Below, one piece after another: positions 10,684 through 22,163 of a stretch of DNA of 64,000 nucleotides. The DNA is from a bacterium (GTDB taxonomy: Bacteria; SAR324; NAC60-12), in contig OZ242383.1 in assembly GCA_965209155.1 (NCBI GenBank), positions 2,560,001-2,624,000 of the forward strand, given 5' to 3'. How positions within the stretch are numbered: position 1 is the stretch's first letter; each line of letters opens with the position of its first letter. Below the pieces are notes generated by a model. That model did no database searches, was not told the origin of the DNA, and worked only from the letters and a program-made list of their open reading frames with translations. A program made the position numbers and the translations under genes.

Positions 10684-11733
10684 ATGTATCCTTCCATAGA
10701 TCTTTATTTTATTGAAAAATACCAAAATTTGGTTAACGTGCAAAATAACAATGTACAAACCATGAATTCGGAATCTCGTTGGATAAAGTTAGCAAGGAAA
10801 TACGAAAATTGGCCATTCGCAATTTTTATTAAGCCTTTTGAACCGCTCGGTGTCCTGATTGCTGCAATTGCTCTTGTGTTCGCTGTTATTGCTCTTAAAG
10901 AGGAAAGAGTCCTGCGTAAGGAGACGTTAGATGTGATGAAGGAGGAAAAATCACTTCGCAAGGTTGTGTTATTTTCGACGCTTGCGGAGAGACTCGAAGC
11001 CGCACGTAAATCGGACCAATCAAAAAAAAGTGAAGACTTAGACTCTCGTGCAGGTCATATCAAAATACTCGAGCTCATTGTTGAATTAGATAAAGCAGAG
11101 AGAATTGAATCAGCAAAAAATGAATCGGACCCATCAAAAGAAAATTGTAAAAATAAAATCCCAATAGTTGACCGCAAAGAAGAATTTTCCCTGAAATATA
11201 TAAATGCCAGCAAAGTGAATTTTTATATTCACGAATTAAAAAATGGTATCGACCTGCGAGATGCTGATATTAGAAGTATCGATTTTGAAGATTCCAATTT
11301 GGAAGCGGCATTACTAATTAACGCGTATCTCTCAAATGCGATTCTGAAAGGTACAAATTTGAAGGAAGCCGAGCTTGTGTGTACCACACTCACCGAGGCT
11401 TGTTTAGAAAGTGCCAATCTTGTCGGTGCAACGCTCACCGATGCAGACCTCATACGGACTGACCTCACCGATGCAGACCTCATGGAGGCTGATCTCACCG
11501 ATGCGGACCTCGCGGGGGCTGAATTCACCGATGCAGACCTCACACGGACTGATCTCCAATTCGCAAAAAATCTCAGTCAAAATCAATTGGATTCTGCATG
11601 CGCTGATCCGGATTCTGACCCAATAGTTCCCAAAAACTTGAAATGGGTACCGCGGGAGTGCCCAGAGGGTGATACAAACACCAAATCTCGCTCACCTCGA
11701 AGAAGTTTTGTGTGTCCCGTTGGTTTTGAGTGA
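10684..11733 (+). CDS. pentapeptide repeat protein with N-terminal TM segment (start may be 10762)
   Basis: A(D/N)Lxx repeats such as ADLTDADLAGAEF. Confidence 0.9.
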   Translation: MYPSIDLYFIEKYQNLVNVQNNNVQTMNSESRWIKLARKYENWPFAIFIKPFEPLGVLIAAIALVFAVIALKEERVLRKETLDVMKEEKSLRKVVLFSTLAERLEAARKSDQSKKSEDLDSRAGHIKILELIVELDKAERIESAKNESDPSKENCKNKIPIVDRKEEFSLKYINASKVNFYIHELKNGIDLRDADIRSIDFEDSNLEAALLINAYLSNAILKGTNLKEAELVCTTLTEACLESANLVGATLTDADLIRTDLTDADLMEADLTDADLAGAEFTDADLTRTDLQFAKNLSQNQLDSACADPDSDPIVPKNLKWVPRECPEGDTNTKSRSPRRSFVCPVGFE

Positions 11734-11961
11734 ATCTTGTAAAAACGGATTTTCCATTTTACTTTGCATTCGAGGTAGAAAATCGAATGCGATACGATAT
11801 TGCAATCAAACGCTTACCCAAAGGAACTGGAAAAAACGAAGTCTTGAGAAAAATTTCAAAATATGTGACTAATGATCATATCAATTTACAAAACAGTTGA
11901 TCTCTTTGTCTTGTAATGCGAATACGTGTTGTCCTGAATCAATCAAGTAGAAAGAGTCGTC

Positions 11962-13675
11962 ATGCATCGTTACATCTTCAAAGAAATTTTAACAATAATG
12001 GTTATACTCGGCATACCGGTAGTCACTAACGGTCAAAAGTCATCGACAGATTCCAACACCGTACCCGATTATGGAGGAAAATTAGCATACGCCCTCACCT
12101 GGATAGGTGAGCACCCGGATAGTTGGTTCATTGGTCACGGGGCCATTCATTATGTCGGTTTGGTAAATGAGAAACTGGCAATAGAGGACTGGGGAATAGA
12201 TAGAGAGGAACGAGATTGGAATTCAACGAATGAATCTCCAACTACTTTAAAAGGTGCACTGGCGGAGAGCTGGGAGCTGCCTGACAATCAAACTATCATC
12301 TTACATATCCGTAAGGGCGTTCGTTGGCATGATAAGCCCCCAATGTCCGGTCGGGAGTTAACGGCCGAAGATATCGCATATAACTTTCATCGTTTTCTGG
12401 GTATGTGTAGCTTCAACAAAGCTAGCAAAATTGCGGTTAGCTTCAAGGGAGTGCAATTTGAATCGATAACGGCAAACAACGATGATTGGACGGTTACATT
12501 CGAGCTGAAGAAGCCATCCTTCCTTGCCCTGAGTGAGATCCTCGCCGGCGTTGGCTACTGGATATACCCCCCCCGAGGTTATTAAGAGACACAAGGACGT
12601 TAAGGATTGGAGAAATCTGGTCGGTACCGGACCCTATGAATTGGAGCATGTGCTCGAAGGAAGATCTTTGACCTTTACCAGGAATCCTGACTACTGGGGG
12701 ATCGACGAAAAAAAACCGGAGAAAAGATTGCCTTATATCGATGAGATTACGGCCCATGTTATGCCAAACCAAGCAACACGTTTAGCGGCTCTGCGTACAG
12801 GTCGGATCGATTTTCTGGGAACTGTCGGTGACTCTCAAATATCCATCGACAAAATAAACAGCCTCAGGCGAACCAACCCAGAAATCGCGTTATGGCCATT
12901 TAGGTCCAACAACCCTTTAGTTTTTTTTTATTTAAACGAACCGCCTAACGACACCGACGTGGGTCAGGCCATGCGTCAGTCCATGCGTCAGGCCCTGCAA
13001 CTAGCGCTGGACAACGAGACCATAGCCAGGACTTACTGGAGCGGTTATGCCGAACCGATACCTCTGAGGAGCGTTACTGGTATTTACTTCCCCTTTGAAG
13101 AACGGCCCGATGAGGAATCCGATCCGACTCCTCAGACGAGCGTTACCGGTATTTACTTCCCCTTTGAAGAATGGCCTGAAGGACTCAAACAATACTATAG
13201 TTATGACACGGAAAGGGCGGAGCAACTGCTGGCTTCACCAAACTATGGTTTCACGCCTTTGCCCTATGACCTACATCCGTATTGGTATACTCCTCGTCAA
13301 ATCACCCTGGATTTCGCTCCTTTTGCCAGTTTAGACTATGCAGAACGTGCCACCGCCGATTGGGCTGCGATTGGCATCGAGGTTGAGATTAATGTACTGA
13401 CCTACGCCAAATATTACGACAGGCTCGTCTCGGATACTTATGAATTCATGGACAGTGTACTGCAGATTGACCAGAACAACCTCGGTTTTGAAGACGTACG
13501 TGGAGCCGTACGCAAAGCTACTGCGCAGCTGCAGCCATTATGGATTGCTAATCCTACGCAGTTTAACGCGCACCAGCCTTGGGTCCGGGGTTATATGGGT
13601 GAAAACAGCCTGGGAATGGCAAATATTGCTGGCACCCTGTCCCGCCTCTGGATTGACCAGGAACTGAAAAAATAG
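11962..13675 (+). pseudogene. ABC transporter substrate-binding protein family 5, frameshifted at a C8 tract
   Basis: LAESWE, RKGVRWHD, GTGPY, RNPDYW motifs split across two ORFs; C8 at 12567-12574, while C7 would restore YPPEVIK. Confidence 0.85.
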
Positions 13676-13720
13676 ATGGGATATTAAATCAGCCAAATAC
13701 CCATTCGGAGATCACTTCGG

Positions 13721-13915
13721 TTGACGCCCTTTTCTGGGGCCACGAAACGCAAGGAGTTCACCCAATCCTTCCGGATCTCTCTCCTCCACCGCGCCTTCAC
13801 CCTCTTCGGCTTCAGCCCCCAACTGATCCTGGTCCAGGAAGAACGCCAATCCAACGCCCAGTACTACGACTACCAACGCCTCCGCGCCGAACTCCGCATC
13901 CTCCGCCTGTTCTGA
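13721..13915 (+). pseudogene. Slam paralog 3' fragment
   Basis: RAFTLFGFSPQLILVQEERQSNAQYYDYQRLRAELRILRLF nearly identical to the end of 8532-9863. Confidence 0.85.
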
Positions 13916-14271
13916 ACCCAAGCACGCCGCTTCCCCTCGTCTTGTCCTTCCTGGCTTGACCAGGAATCCAGGGTTGTTCTCGCTTCCCTTGGCTTCTCTG
14001 GTTGACGTCTTCTGATACAAAAAAGCCGCTTCCCTCGTTCCATTTTATTTTTCAAAAGTCACCATACTTCCTCAGTCCTGTAAATTCCTTATCTCGAACT
14101 TAAGTAAGCCTGGGAAAAAAAGCGAAACATTCAGGCCGCCTTGGTCAGTCGGATAAAAGCGCACGGACCAACCGCAGCGAATATAGCATGCAAACTACAA
14201 AGCCTGGTATCCCTGTTTTAAATTGAAAAAGAGCCTGATTGCGCTCATTTGAGTTGGTTGTAGAGTTGCTC

Positions 14272-15441
14272 TCAAGAAAGGCGCCAAACGTTGGGCCAGC
14301 CATGTCGAAGCGGTTTTCGGTGGCGACTTTCGGAGTCAGCTGGGATGTTGTCGATACTACGACGGATGTCGTCATTGACGCGCCCACAGTGGTAATAGCT
14401 ATGCTCAACGAATCCGGTTACAATATCGCTGCAGTCCACTTGATGCACGCGACTGTCCAAATCGGCAGGTCGGTCCGCTCCATTCCATCCCAGCCTGTCG
14501 GTGTTCCCTTTGGTGTAGTCCGATACCGGCATCGCCAAATCGCCTCTATTGCAATAAATGGTTACATTTCGGGCCATTTGGGGAAGTCGACGCATCGGTT
14601 CTCCCGGTTCAAATACGTCGTCGGCAACATCTGCTGCGCAAAGGAAAATTTGATCAAAAATGCGCGGAGGTTTGCCGCCAACAGAAAACTCAGTGAATCG
14701 TACCATGGCGTTTTGCAGCACGAAGTTACCCATGGAATGACAGAGCAGGTGGATCGACTGGTTACAAGGATCGTCTCCATTCTGCCGACCACGTTGACGC
14801 GTATCGATCAGTTCATCCCGTAGCTTGAGGAATCCGCGTCCAATGGCATAACCCGATATGATGGCGTCACTACGGTCGGAAAAGTACGACCAGTAGGGGA
14901 TAGATCGACCATCCGAGGGCCAGGAAAACAGAACGACCAAAACCGGTTTTGATTCGCCCGTTGCCATATTGTCAACGCGATCTCGATTGAGCATAAACTG
15001 CAGGCTCAAGGCAGATGCCACTGACTCCCACCAGTCCACATTGAAACCATGAATGAATAATAACACGTCATAGCCTCCATTCATTAATTCTCGTAATTCT
15101 CCAAATGTGCGTGCAGACCCAAGTTTCCGATCTGTTTGCTTATATTCGTTTTGCTCTTTCTTGAGCTTTTCGGGAAAGGCTTCAATGGAGGTCCCGGACT
15201 CCGTTTTCTGCAGGTTTTCAGAAAAATAATCCGAGAGCATTTCACCATTCCCGTTACCGTAACCACAGTCCTCGTTGAGAAACTGCGTCACTTTTGTCTT
15301 GTCGTAAGACGTTTTTAATAACCCAAAGCGAAGATTCTCACCAAGGTCTTTGCTTGGTTCAGAACCATACCCTTTCGGCTTCCATCGATTGCGTCCAATG
15401 TGACGACGGTTGGTTACGTAGTAAAGTTCTGCAGTATCCAT
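14272..15441 (-). CDS. alpha/beta hydrolase (DUF900-like)
   Basis: YYVTNR, FIHGFNV, FSWPS, CHSMGN nucleophile elbow, HSYY. Confidence 0.88.
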   Translation of the reverse strand: MDTAELYYVTNRRHIGRNRWKPKGYGSEPSKDLGENLRFGLLKTSYDKTKVTQFLNEDCGYGNGNGEMLSDYFSENLQKTESGTSIEAFPEKLKKEQNEYKQTDRKLGSARTFGELRELMNGGYDVLLFIHGFNVDWWESVASALSLQFMLNRDRVDNMATGESKPVLVVLFSWPSDGRSIPYWSYFSDRSDAIISGYAIGRGFLKLRDELIDTRQRGRQNGDDPCNQSIHLLCHSMGNFVLQNAMVRFTEFSVGGKPPRIFDQIFLCAADVADDVFEPGEPMRRLPQMARNVTIYCNRGDLAMPVSDYTKGNTDRLGWNGADRPADLDSRVHQVDCSDIVTGFVEHSYYHCGRVNDDIRRSIDNIPADSESRHRKPLRHGWPNVWRLS

Positions 15442-15817
15442 TTTTCCTCATTTTCACTCGTGTCTGGTTGATGAATTGGTATCTGTTCGTATTTCATCTT
15501 TCATTCCTGAAAAACAAGCGCTCTTTGACTACTAAAGCTGTTACACGCACCGGGTAATTTATCAAGACCAGTTTTTCCATGCTGCTTATAATCAATATCG
15601 CCGCTGGAATAATTGTGGAGCGCCTCTTCGCCTGGTTTGGGGATTCAGGAGTTATAGCCATCCCCAGAATTTGGCTATAACTCCAAAAAAGAAGTTATAG
15701 TCGAAAGTTGGGGATAGACTAAAATTGATGGTGGCGTATCCTGTTGATGAAAATTAGATACAAACTAAATCCTGTAATTAGATGGCAATTATACATAGAA
15801 ATGGCAATTTATTCAAG

Positions 15818-16092
15818 AGTTATAGTCAAATTCTGGGGATGGCAATTCAGGCGGCGATCCTGTATTAAGGAATTCCATCGACAAATTGCACTCCTTCTAT
15901 CACTTCGGCTAATCGTTTAAATCCATGTAAGCGTATCCAATTTTTCTGAGCAGATAGCATCAGTTTGAATGCCATCGTCAAGACGGTATTTCTTGAGAAA
16001 CAACCTCTGACTTTTGCAGTTCTCAGTTTGACAGTAGCGAAGGTGGATTCAATGGGATTGCTCGTTCTCAAATGCCTCCAATGCTCTGCCGG
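15818..16092 (-). mobile_element. IS256 family remnant (transposase C-terminus and right end)
   Basis: PAEHWRHLRTSNPIESTFATVKLRT; end-like GAGTTATAGTCAAATTCTGGGGATG at 15818, with related sequences at ~15649-15683 and ~15693. Confidence 0.8.
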
Positions 16093-16229
16093 GAGCCTGG
16101 GGGTCACTCATTAGAGGAATTTCCAAGAAAAAAAACACTTTTCCGTCCACACATAAGGGTAACCCATTTGCGTGTAGTCTTCAGCACCTGGCACTCCAAT
16201 TTTTAATAAACGCACCATATATTTCAAGA

Positions 16230-16437
16230 GTTGGAGTCATTTCTTCAAATTGGATCAATTGAAGGTCGATTCTACCACCGTTCCTGTTCAATCCTTTTTA
16301 CAGGGAGACAGAACCAGCAAAACCGCTCTCAGATTATTCTCTGATTTAACTTCAACCAGCCGCTTATCTGACTCATCCAGGATACAAAGGTAATTATTGT
16401 TTGAATGTAAATCGATTCCTGCATATAATTTTCCCAT
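16230..16437 (-). pseudogene. IS110 family transposase N-terminal remnant
   Basis: Manual translation MGKLYAGIDLHSNNNYLCILDE...*..VVESTFN*, with internal stops. Confidence 0.7.
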
Positions 16438-16712
16438 GAAACATCTCCTGATTACGGTAAAAATATTTATGGGTGAAAAGTAAATATTACCATAATCCGG
16501 GAAGATGTCTCACCTCCTGCCAGATGTTTATCAGTACCCCGTATCATTCCTGGCTCCGACCAGGAAGCCAGGGATGTATACGCTTCCCTGTCTTTGGAAT
16601 GCTACGCTTTCGGAATCTTTGCAAGATGACAAACTAAAAAATATCTTGACAACTGAAACAATTCCGCAAAAGTTCTTTTTACAAAGAAACCGAACTACAG
16701 GAGAGGGTGAAA

Positions 16713-16973
16713 ATGAGCGACGAAACTCTAAGAGAATTGCAAAGTCCCAAATCACTTATCCTGGAAATCATCGAGCGATTGACGAAAGCGGAGACTCGAC
16801 TGGTAAGTATTGAGACTCAATTAGAAAGTAAGGTCAACAAATCAGATCTTGCTGTCTTCCGGCAAGAAATGAAAACCGATTTTAAGGACATAGAATCCAA
16901 ACAACTCAAATGGCTCATTGGGACAATCCTGGCATGTTTCGTTGTGCTTGGTGCCTTTCTCAAGTATTTCTAA
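16713..16973 (+). CDS. small coiled-coil/TM protein, MSDETL subfamily
   Basis: Differs from 28399-28659 by 2 aa; shares its upstream region including TTGACA. Confidence 0.8.
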   Translation: MSDETLRELQSPKSLILEIIERLTKAETRLVSIETQLESKVNKSDLAVFRQEMKTDFKDIESKQLKWLIGTILACFVVLGAFLKYF

Positions 16974-16989
16974 AGAGGGGGTCAGTGCC

Positions 16990-17352
16990 CCGTGTCATTC
17001 CCGCGAAAGCGGGAATCCAGTGTACCGCCCGGTCTTCTGGATTTCTGATCAGAGCCAGGAATGACACAGCTTGGAAGGCAAGTGGTCAGTACCCATTGTC
17101 ATTCTTGGCCCAGACCCGGAATCCAGGGTTGTTTACGCTTCCCTTGGCTTCCCTCGTTTCCGTGTCCATCCTGGCTTAGATCTCGCCATGTCCTTCCTGC
17201 CGTAGATCCTCGCCATGTCATTCCTGGCTCCGACCAGGAATCCAGGGTTGTTCACGCTTCCCTCGTTATCCACTTCTGAGACAAAGCCCGCCGCTTCCCT
17301 CGCTTTGTCATTCCTGGCCCAGACCCGGAATCCAGGGTTGTTTACGATTCCC
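16990..17352 (+). repeat. cluster of GTCATTCC..GGAATCC REP-like palindromes including a dRS3-type unit
   Basis: ATTCCCGCGAAAGCGGGAAT at 16997-17016 plus several CCTGG-type variants. Confidence 0.85.
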
Positions 17353-17537
17353 TGACTTTGCCCGGAAAGACACGCTCGAACCCTTGGAGTATGTTGACAC
17401 CACGTATCGTGAAAAGCGCTGGCTGCGCAACCAGATTAAATCCTGAATTCAGGATTGCTTTTGTCTTTTTAAATGAGTCGATTATTATTGGTTTCTATTG
17501 GAAGATGCCGTCCTTCGATCAAAACGAGGGAAGATCA

Positions 17538-18602
17538 ATGAAGCCGGTGACGTCGCCGTTTTTCTCATCAGTGATTGATGATGTGCTCCTTCAGCAAATT
17601 GCCGAAACATTCGGAGTGAAACCATCCGGTACAATCAGTTCCGGACTAGCAAGTATCAAGAAAATGAAAATTGACCCATACTTTCAAGGCCAACCAGTAG
17701 CCATACAAACGGTCTCCAGACGAAAAAGCGAGAAGGAGCAACTTCCCGAACTTAGAAGTGACCAAATTGAAGAACTATCGCTATGGTGGCGACAGATGTG
17801 GGCGAAACCCGAACAATGGCATCGACTGGCAAAGAGCAAGCTGTCAGGACGTGCGGGACGAAGTCGGAAGTCGGGACAAACAATTGAATTCGAAATCCGG
17901 AATCAAGAAGCCCTAAGTGAAGAGTACATCTATGTATATAATGGGTGGTGCCATGAGCTGAGTCGCATGAATACGGAGTATGAAGAAGAAGGGAATGTGG
18001 AAAAAAAGTGTCAGGAGACAAAAAGTCCAGGAAATGAAAAAGAAAAAGTGGAAAAAAAGTGTCAGGAGACAAGAAGTCCAGGATGGGAAGATTGGCAAGT
18101 AAATAATTTGGCACGTGCAATTGTTGCCCTGATGTATAAGAGACCGGAACTGGCGTCTATGGCATTAATGATTGACGACAACAGAGAAATCAGCGCAATT
18201 CATAAAAGTAGCGCAACGTCGGTTGTGGGTTCAAAGCTACACGTAATAAGCGGATTATGGCAAAGAATTACCGAACAATGGTTCATAAAAAAGGATAAGA
18301 AAAGACCGTGGCATTGGACATTCTGTATCGCTTTTCTAGGAAGCTCTAGTTTATTTTTCCCTTTAGTTTATATGGGATGGACAGAGATAGAAAAATGGAT
18401 CCAAGCAGTGTCTGAATTGCCAAATGCATTCTTGGAAATTGAGACGATTTGGGGGTGGTTTTCTGTAGCTCTGGTGGCAATACCGAGTTGGTTCGCATAC
18501 CTGGGGACCATAGGGACAGGACGATACGGACCCGTTAGAGTCTACATCAGTACATTTCTGTTAACATACTTTATTGCGCAGCTCATCAAGTTCATGATAT
18601 AA
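17538..18602 (+). CDS. hypothetical membrane protein (three C-terminal TM segments)
   Basis: Long ORF, GAGGG RBS before 17538, internal EKKCQET(K/R)SPG duplication. Confidence 0.7.
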   Translation: MKPVTSPFFSSVIDDVLLQQIAETFGVKPSGTISSGLASIKKMKIDPYFQGQPVAIQTVSRRKSEKEQLPELRSDQIEELSLWWRQMWAKPEQWHRLAKSKLSGRAGRSRKSGQTIEFEIRNQEALSEEYIYVYNGWCHELSRMNTEYEEEGNVEKKCQETKSPGNEKEKVEKKCQETRSPGWEDWQVNNLARAIVALMYKRPELASMALMIDDNREISAIHKSSATSVVGSKLHVISGLWQRITEQWFIKKDKKRPWHWTFCIAFLGSSSLFFPLVYMGWTEIEKWIQAVSELPNAFLEIETIWGWFSVALVAIPSWFAYLGTIGTGRYGPVRVYISTFLLTYFIAQLIKFMI

Positions 18603-18644
18603 TTTAACAAACAAAGTTCAAATCAGATCAATCAAACAAGAGAA

Positions 18645-19661
18645 GTGAGAATTCCGATGAGAACGTTTAATAAACTATGCGTGGCGGTCATTCTGGCAGG
18701 CATGTTCCACAACGTGGAAGCTCAAAATGTCACCAACGGGGAAGCGCAAGAAACAATCAATGTAAACAGTAGTATCGGACACGTTAATCGTTACAATCCC
18801 GGGCTTATGGAACGGACATTGAATACTTTGTTACTCATCCTCGGAACAGGTTTACTCGACGATAGATTACCATACCTCAGCATTCCGCTGACAACGGTAT
18901 GGGAAAAAGCATGTCATAGAAAGCAATCTGAACAAGAACAAACGAAAGTTAACAAAATAGGAGTGATTCCAGCTCGGGAGTTTACATCCGAGTCGAGTCC
19001 AAACAGAATTCCAGTGGTTAAATTGGAATTCAATACAAAAGATTTTAAAAAAGTGGCGAATTTCGCAGATCTGTGCGATTTGCTCAATGAACCGGAGAAT
19101 TTTCCTGAGACAGTCCGGAAATCGTTCAAACAATTAAAATCTAACCCGAAAACGCTTACAGCTGGTGTTTGGCAAATAGTAAATGATGATCCAACAGATT
19201 CGATAAATCCTCCTATTTCAATAATGAGAGGAAAGCCCGGGAACATCTCGGATACCGAATATGACGTCCAATGGTCAATTGGAAATAATCGAATAAATTG
19301 GAATTACGTTGACGAGATTGAACCGGACCCGGATGCCACTTGGTGGAAATTTGAACCGGATGTTGCATCCGCGCAGGCTGGGACGGGTACGTACTATATA
19401 GCGGGACCCGCCAATCCAGATTCTATTGCACAAGAATGGACGGTTGAAGGAATGGATTCTAATGAAAATAGGACATTTCGATGGCAGGGGTTTACTGCAA
19501 CAGGTAGGAACCCCCTAACTCACGGTTATTCAATGTGGTACTTACCTCCCCAAGAGCAACCACTACTCGACCCGAACTGGCACTTGGTCTTCGCTACGAA
19601 AATACCGGAATTAACGGGAGAATTTCCAAAATTTCCAATTTCACGAGCAGTGTTAAAATAA
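18645..19661 (+). CDS. hypothetical secreted protein
   Basis: 338-aa ORF with a signal-peptide-like N-terminus (VEA-Q). Confidence 0.7.
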   Translation: MRIPMRTFNKLCVAVILAGMFHNVEAQNVTNGEAQETINVNSSIGHVNRYNPGLMERTLNTLLLILGTGLLDDRLPYLSIPLTTVWEKACHRKQSEQEQTKVNKIGVIPAREFTSESSPNRIPVVKLEFNTKDFKKVANFADLCDLLNEPENFPETVRKSFKQLKSNPKTLTAGVWQIVNDDPTDSINPPISIMRGKPGNISDTEYDVQWSIGNNRINWNYVDEIEPDPDATWWKFEPDVASAQAGTGTYYIAGPANPDSIAQEWTVEGMDSNENRTFRWQGFTATGRNPLTHGYSMWYLPPQEQPLLDPNWHLVFATKIPELTGEFPKFPISRAVLK

Positions 19662-19787
19662 AAAGCGGAGCAAAATAAAAAAAACCGCTCCCTTGATCCA
19701 AGGCAAACGGCATTAATCGGTCAGTCTGGCTATTTGTCAGCATTTATTCCAAGGATGGGGTCAGGCTTGTATTTTGGTATTTAGATA

Positions 19788-19992
19788 GTGCTTGGCCGAA
19801 AATTAGTTAACTACATGATATTTAATGGTATTCACCTATTTTCAAGAAACGAAGATTTTGGGGAAACTCATCAAAAATCCCATTTTTTGTTGATTTTGAC
19901 CATCTGAACACGGTATCGAACAAATCTTCATCCTGTGAAGTTTAAGAAATGTCATTTAATATCAGCAATTTGGGTGTTTTTCGGCCAAGCAC
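19788..19992. mobile_element. 205-bp MITE
   Basis: Perfect TIR GTGCTTGGCCGAAAA / TTTTCGGCCAAGCAC, flanked on both sides by TAGATA. Confidence 0.8.
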
Positions 19993-20149
19993 TAGATACC
20001 TCTATTCATCCGGAAAGGAGGGGTAAGTATTCAATCGTCCTTGGAATGGTATTTGGGTTGGATAGCAGGAAGATAAGTCCACCGAAGTAGTTTGTCAATC
20101 ACTTTCTGGCAAATCGCATTCAACTCACCTTGGACGGTTTTCTCTCATC

Positions 20150-20846
20150 GCTCTCGCTCCGGACCGCAACGTCAACACCGCCACGGCTGCGGAAATCGTC
20201 TGGCTTTACGGGCTGCCCTTCCGGGTGACGGACGAATCGAGACCCTCCTCCGGGGTGGGCCTGATCGTCTGGGGAGGCGCCGAGTACGAGTATCCCCTCA
20301 CGCCACAGGTCCACTGGCGCGCCGGGGCCGACCTGCGCCGCCAGGAAAACCGCCGCCAGGAATTCAACCGCATGACCCTCTCCCTGCACACGGGTCCGCG
20401 TTGGATCCTCACGCGCCAATCGGAATTCAGCCTGCTCGCCAGTCGACGTCAACAATGGGCGGGCAACAAACCCGGCTACGTGGAAAACGGCCTGCGCCTC
20501 GAAAGCGCGCAGCGCTTCGGAACGCACCGAACGGCGCTCGCATCGTTTCACCCGTCCCCGTATCAGCCTCTCCGCCTCCTACGCCCTGCCCCTCGGTTTC
20601 AGCCTCGGCGCCACCACCACCGTCGCCCGCAGCTTCTACCAACCCGACTGGTCCTACCTCACCCGCGGACCCCAAAAGCGCAAGGACCTTTCACGCACCT
20701 ACCAGCTCTCCGTCTTCAACCGCGCCGTCACCCTCTTCGGATTCAGCCCCCAACTGATCCTCGTCCACGAAGAACGCACCTCCAATGCCCAGTACTACGA
20801 CTACCAACGCCTGCGCGCCGAACTGCGCATCCTCCGTCTGTTCTGA
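20150..20846 (+). pseudogene. Slam paralog, 5'-truncated, with 155-bp internal deletion
   Basis: High identity to ~9010-9863; deletion joins ACGCAC 9384-9389 to ACGCAC 9539-9544. Confidence 0.88.
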
Positions 20847-20861
20847 TAAAACGTCGCGCCA

Positions 20862-20958
20862 GGGGTCAGGCTTGGAAGTTTGGAAAAATCTTTCGGGGTC
20901 ACAGTCACTGATCCTCCCTCGCAAAAACTGATTTTCCCAAACTACCAAGCCAGACCCC
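20862..20958. repeat. ~100 bp hairpin element (copy 2 of 3), followed by 8-mer/7-mer array to ~21205
   Basis: Same inverted arms as 9887-10009. Confidence 0.85.
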
Positions 20959-21321
20959 GAACCCGAAGAGAGGCACAAAGGCACAAAGGCACAAAGGCAC
21001 AAAGGGGGGAAGGCATACGGGATTCCTGTTCGATTTCCCTGGATTCCTGGTCTGGGCCAGGAATGACACAAAGGGGGAAGGCACGAAGAGAGGCACAGAG
21101 GCACAAAGGCACAAAGGGACAAAGGGACAAAGGGACAAAGGGAAGAGAGGAGTGGCGTGAAGGAACTGATAACTGATAACCGATAACTGATCACTGGCGC
21201 CGGATTCCCTCGTTAGCCTCTTCTGAGACAAAGCACGCCGCTTCCTGCTCGGGGGTCCGGCTTGGAAGTTGGGAATTGCCTGGCAACTCTTGAGATTCAA
21301 ATCTTTTAATGGAATTGAAAA

Positions 21322-21580
21322 ATGGCAGAAGCACCTGGGAAAAACTTTAGAAAGGGAATGACGATCATGGAATTGTCAATATGTTCCCTGATGACAAGAC
21401 TGCTGAAAAGTGGTTCATGGATCGGCGATTGCCGAAATGAGTGCCAAGCACCTTGATCGCTACGTCAAAGAATTTACTGGCAGGCAAAATCAAAGGGAGC
21501 TTGACACTCTGGATCAAATTTCTTCAATGGCTAAAGGTATGGAAGGGAAGCGATTGTAGTATAAAGAGTTAATTGCTTAA
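21322..21580 (+). pseudogene. IS1595 family transposase, internally deleted remnant
   Basis: N-terminal APGKNFRKGMTIMEL/MFPDDKTAEKWF fused to C-terminal MSAKHLDRYVKEFTGR..GKRL*YKELIA. Confidence 0.7.
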
Positions 21581-21777
21581 AAATTATTTGGATCAAGTCC
21601 TAACTTTTTAATACATTCTCGTAAAGTCCCTTTTTTAAGGTCTTTATTTTGATGATCAGGAATAGACGCCAACATGTTTGTTTTTGGATTGTACCAAATT
21701 CTATGAGAACCTTTTTTCTTTTCTATTAATTCACAGCCATGCTGTTTCAACTTTTTGCTGACTTCTCGATATTTCAT
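21577..21777 (-). CDS. hicA: HicA family toxin
   Basis: KGSHRIW..IPDH..KDLKKGTL motifs. Confidence 0.9.
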   Translation of the reverse strand: MKYREVSKKLKQHGCELIEKKKGSHRIWYNPKTNMLASIPDHQNKDLKKGTLRECIKKLGLDPNNF

Positions 21778-22042
21778 TAAATACGATCTCGGTTTGGAAT
21801 AATGGATTATTTCTTTGATTTATTGATTTTTTCAAATAAATATCCTCTGGTAATGCCCAACCTATTGACCTATATGCCTCTGAAATTGAATTAAAGGCAT
21901 CAATTACTCGCTCCCCTATTTCTGTATACGTATCGGCTTCTGTTATTAGTCCAGGTATCTCTTTACAGGTTATTGTAAATCCACCTTCTTCTTGAGGATC
22001 AAGAAAAAGGGTTAATCTATATGTCGGGTTTGTGATACTCAT
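21731..22042 (-). CDS. hicB: HicB family antitoxin
   Basis: PQEEGGFTITCKEIPGLITEADT. Confidence 0.85.
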   Translation of the reverse strand: MSITNPTYRLTLFLDPQEEGGFTITCKEIPGLITEADTYTEIGERVIDAFNSISEAYRSIGWALPEDIYLKKSINQRNNPLFQTEIVFNEISRSQQKVETAWL

Positions 22043-22163
22043 ATTTTCCTTTTTTGCTTTTTGGTACTCTGAGGGTTTTTAAAATTTGATTGCTTAATCT
22101 TTGAATTTACTGAATTTGAATCTTAAATCAATTTATACAAATGTCAATTTGATATATGTAATT

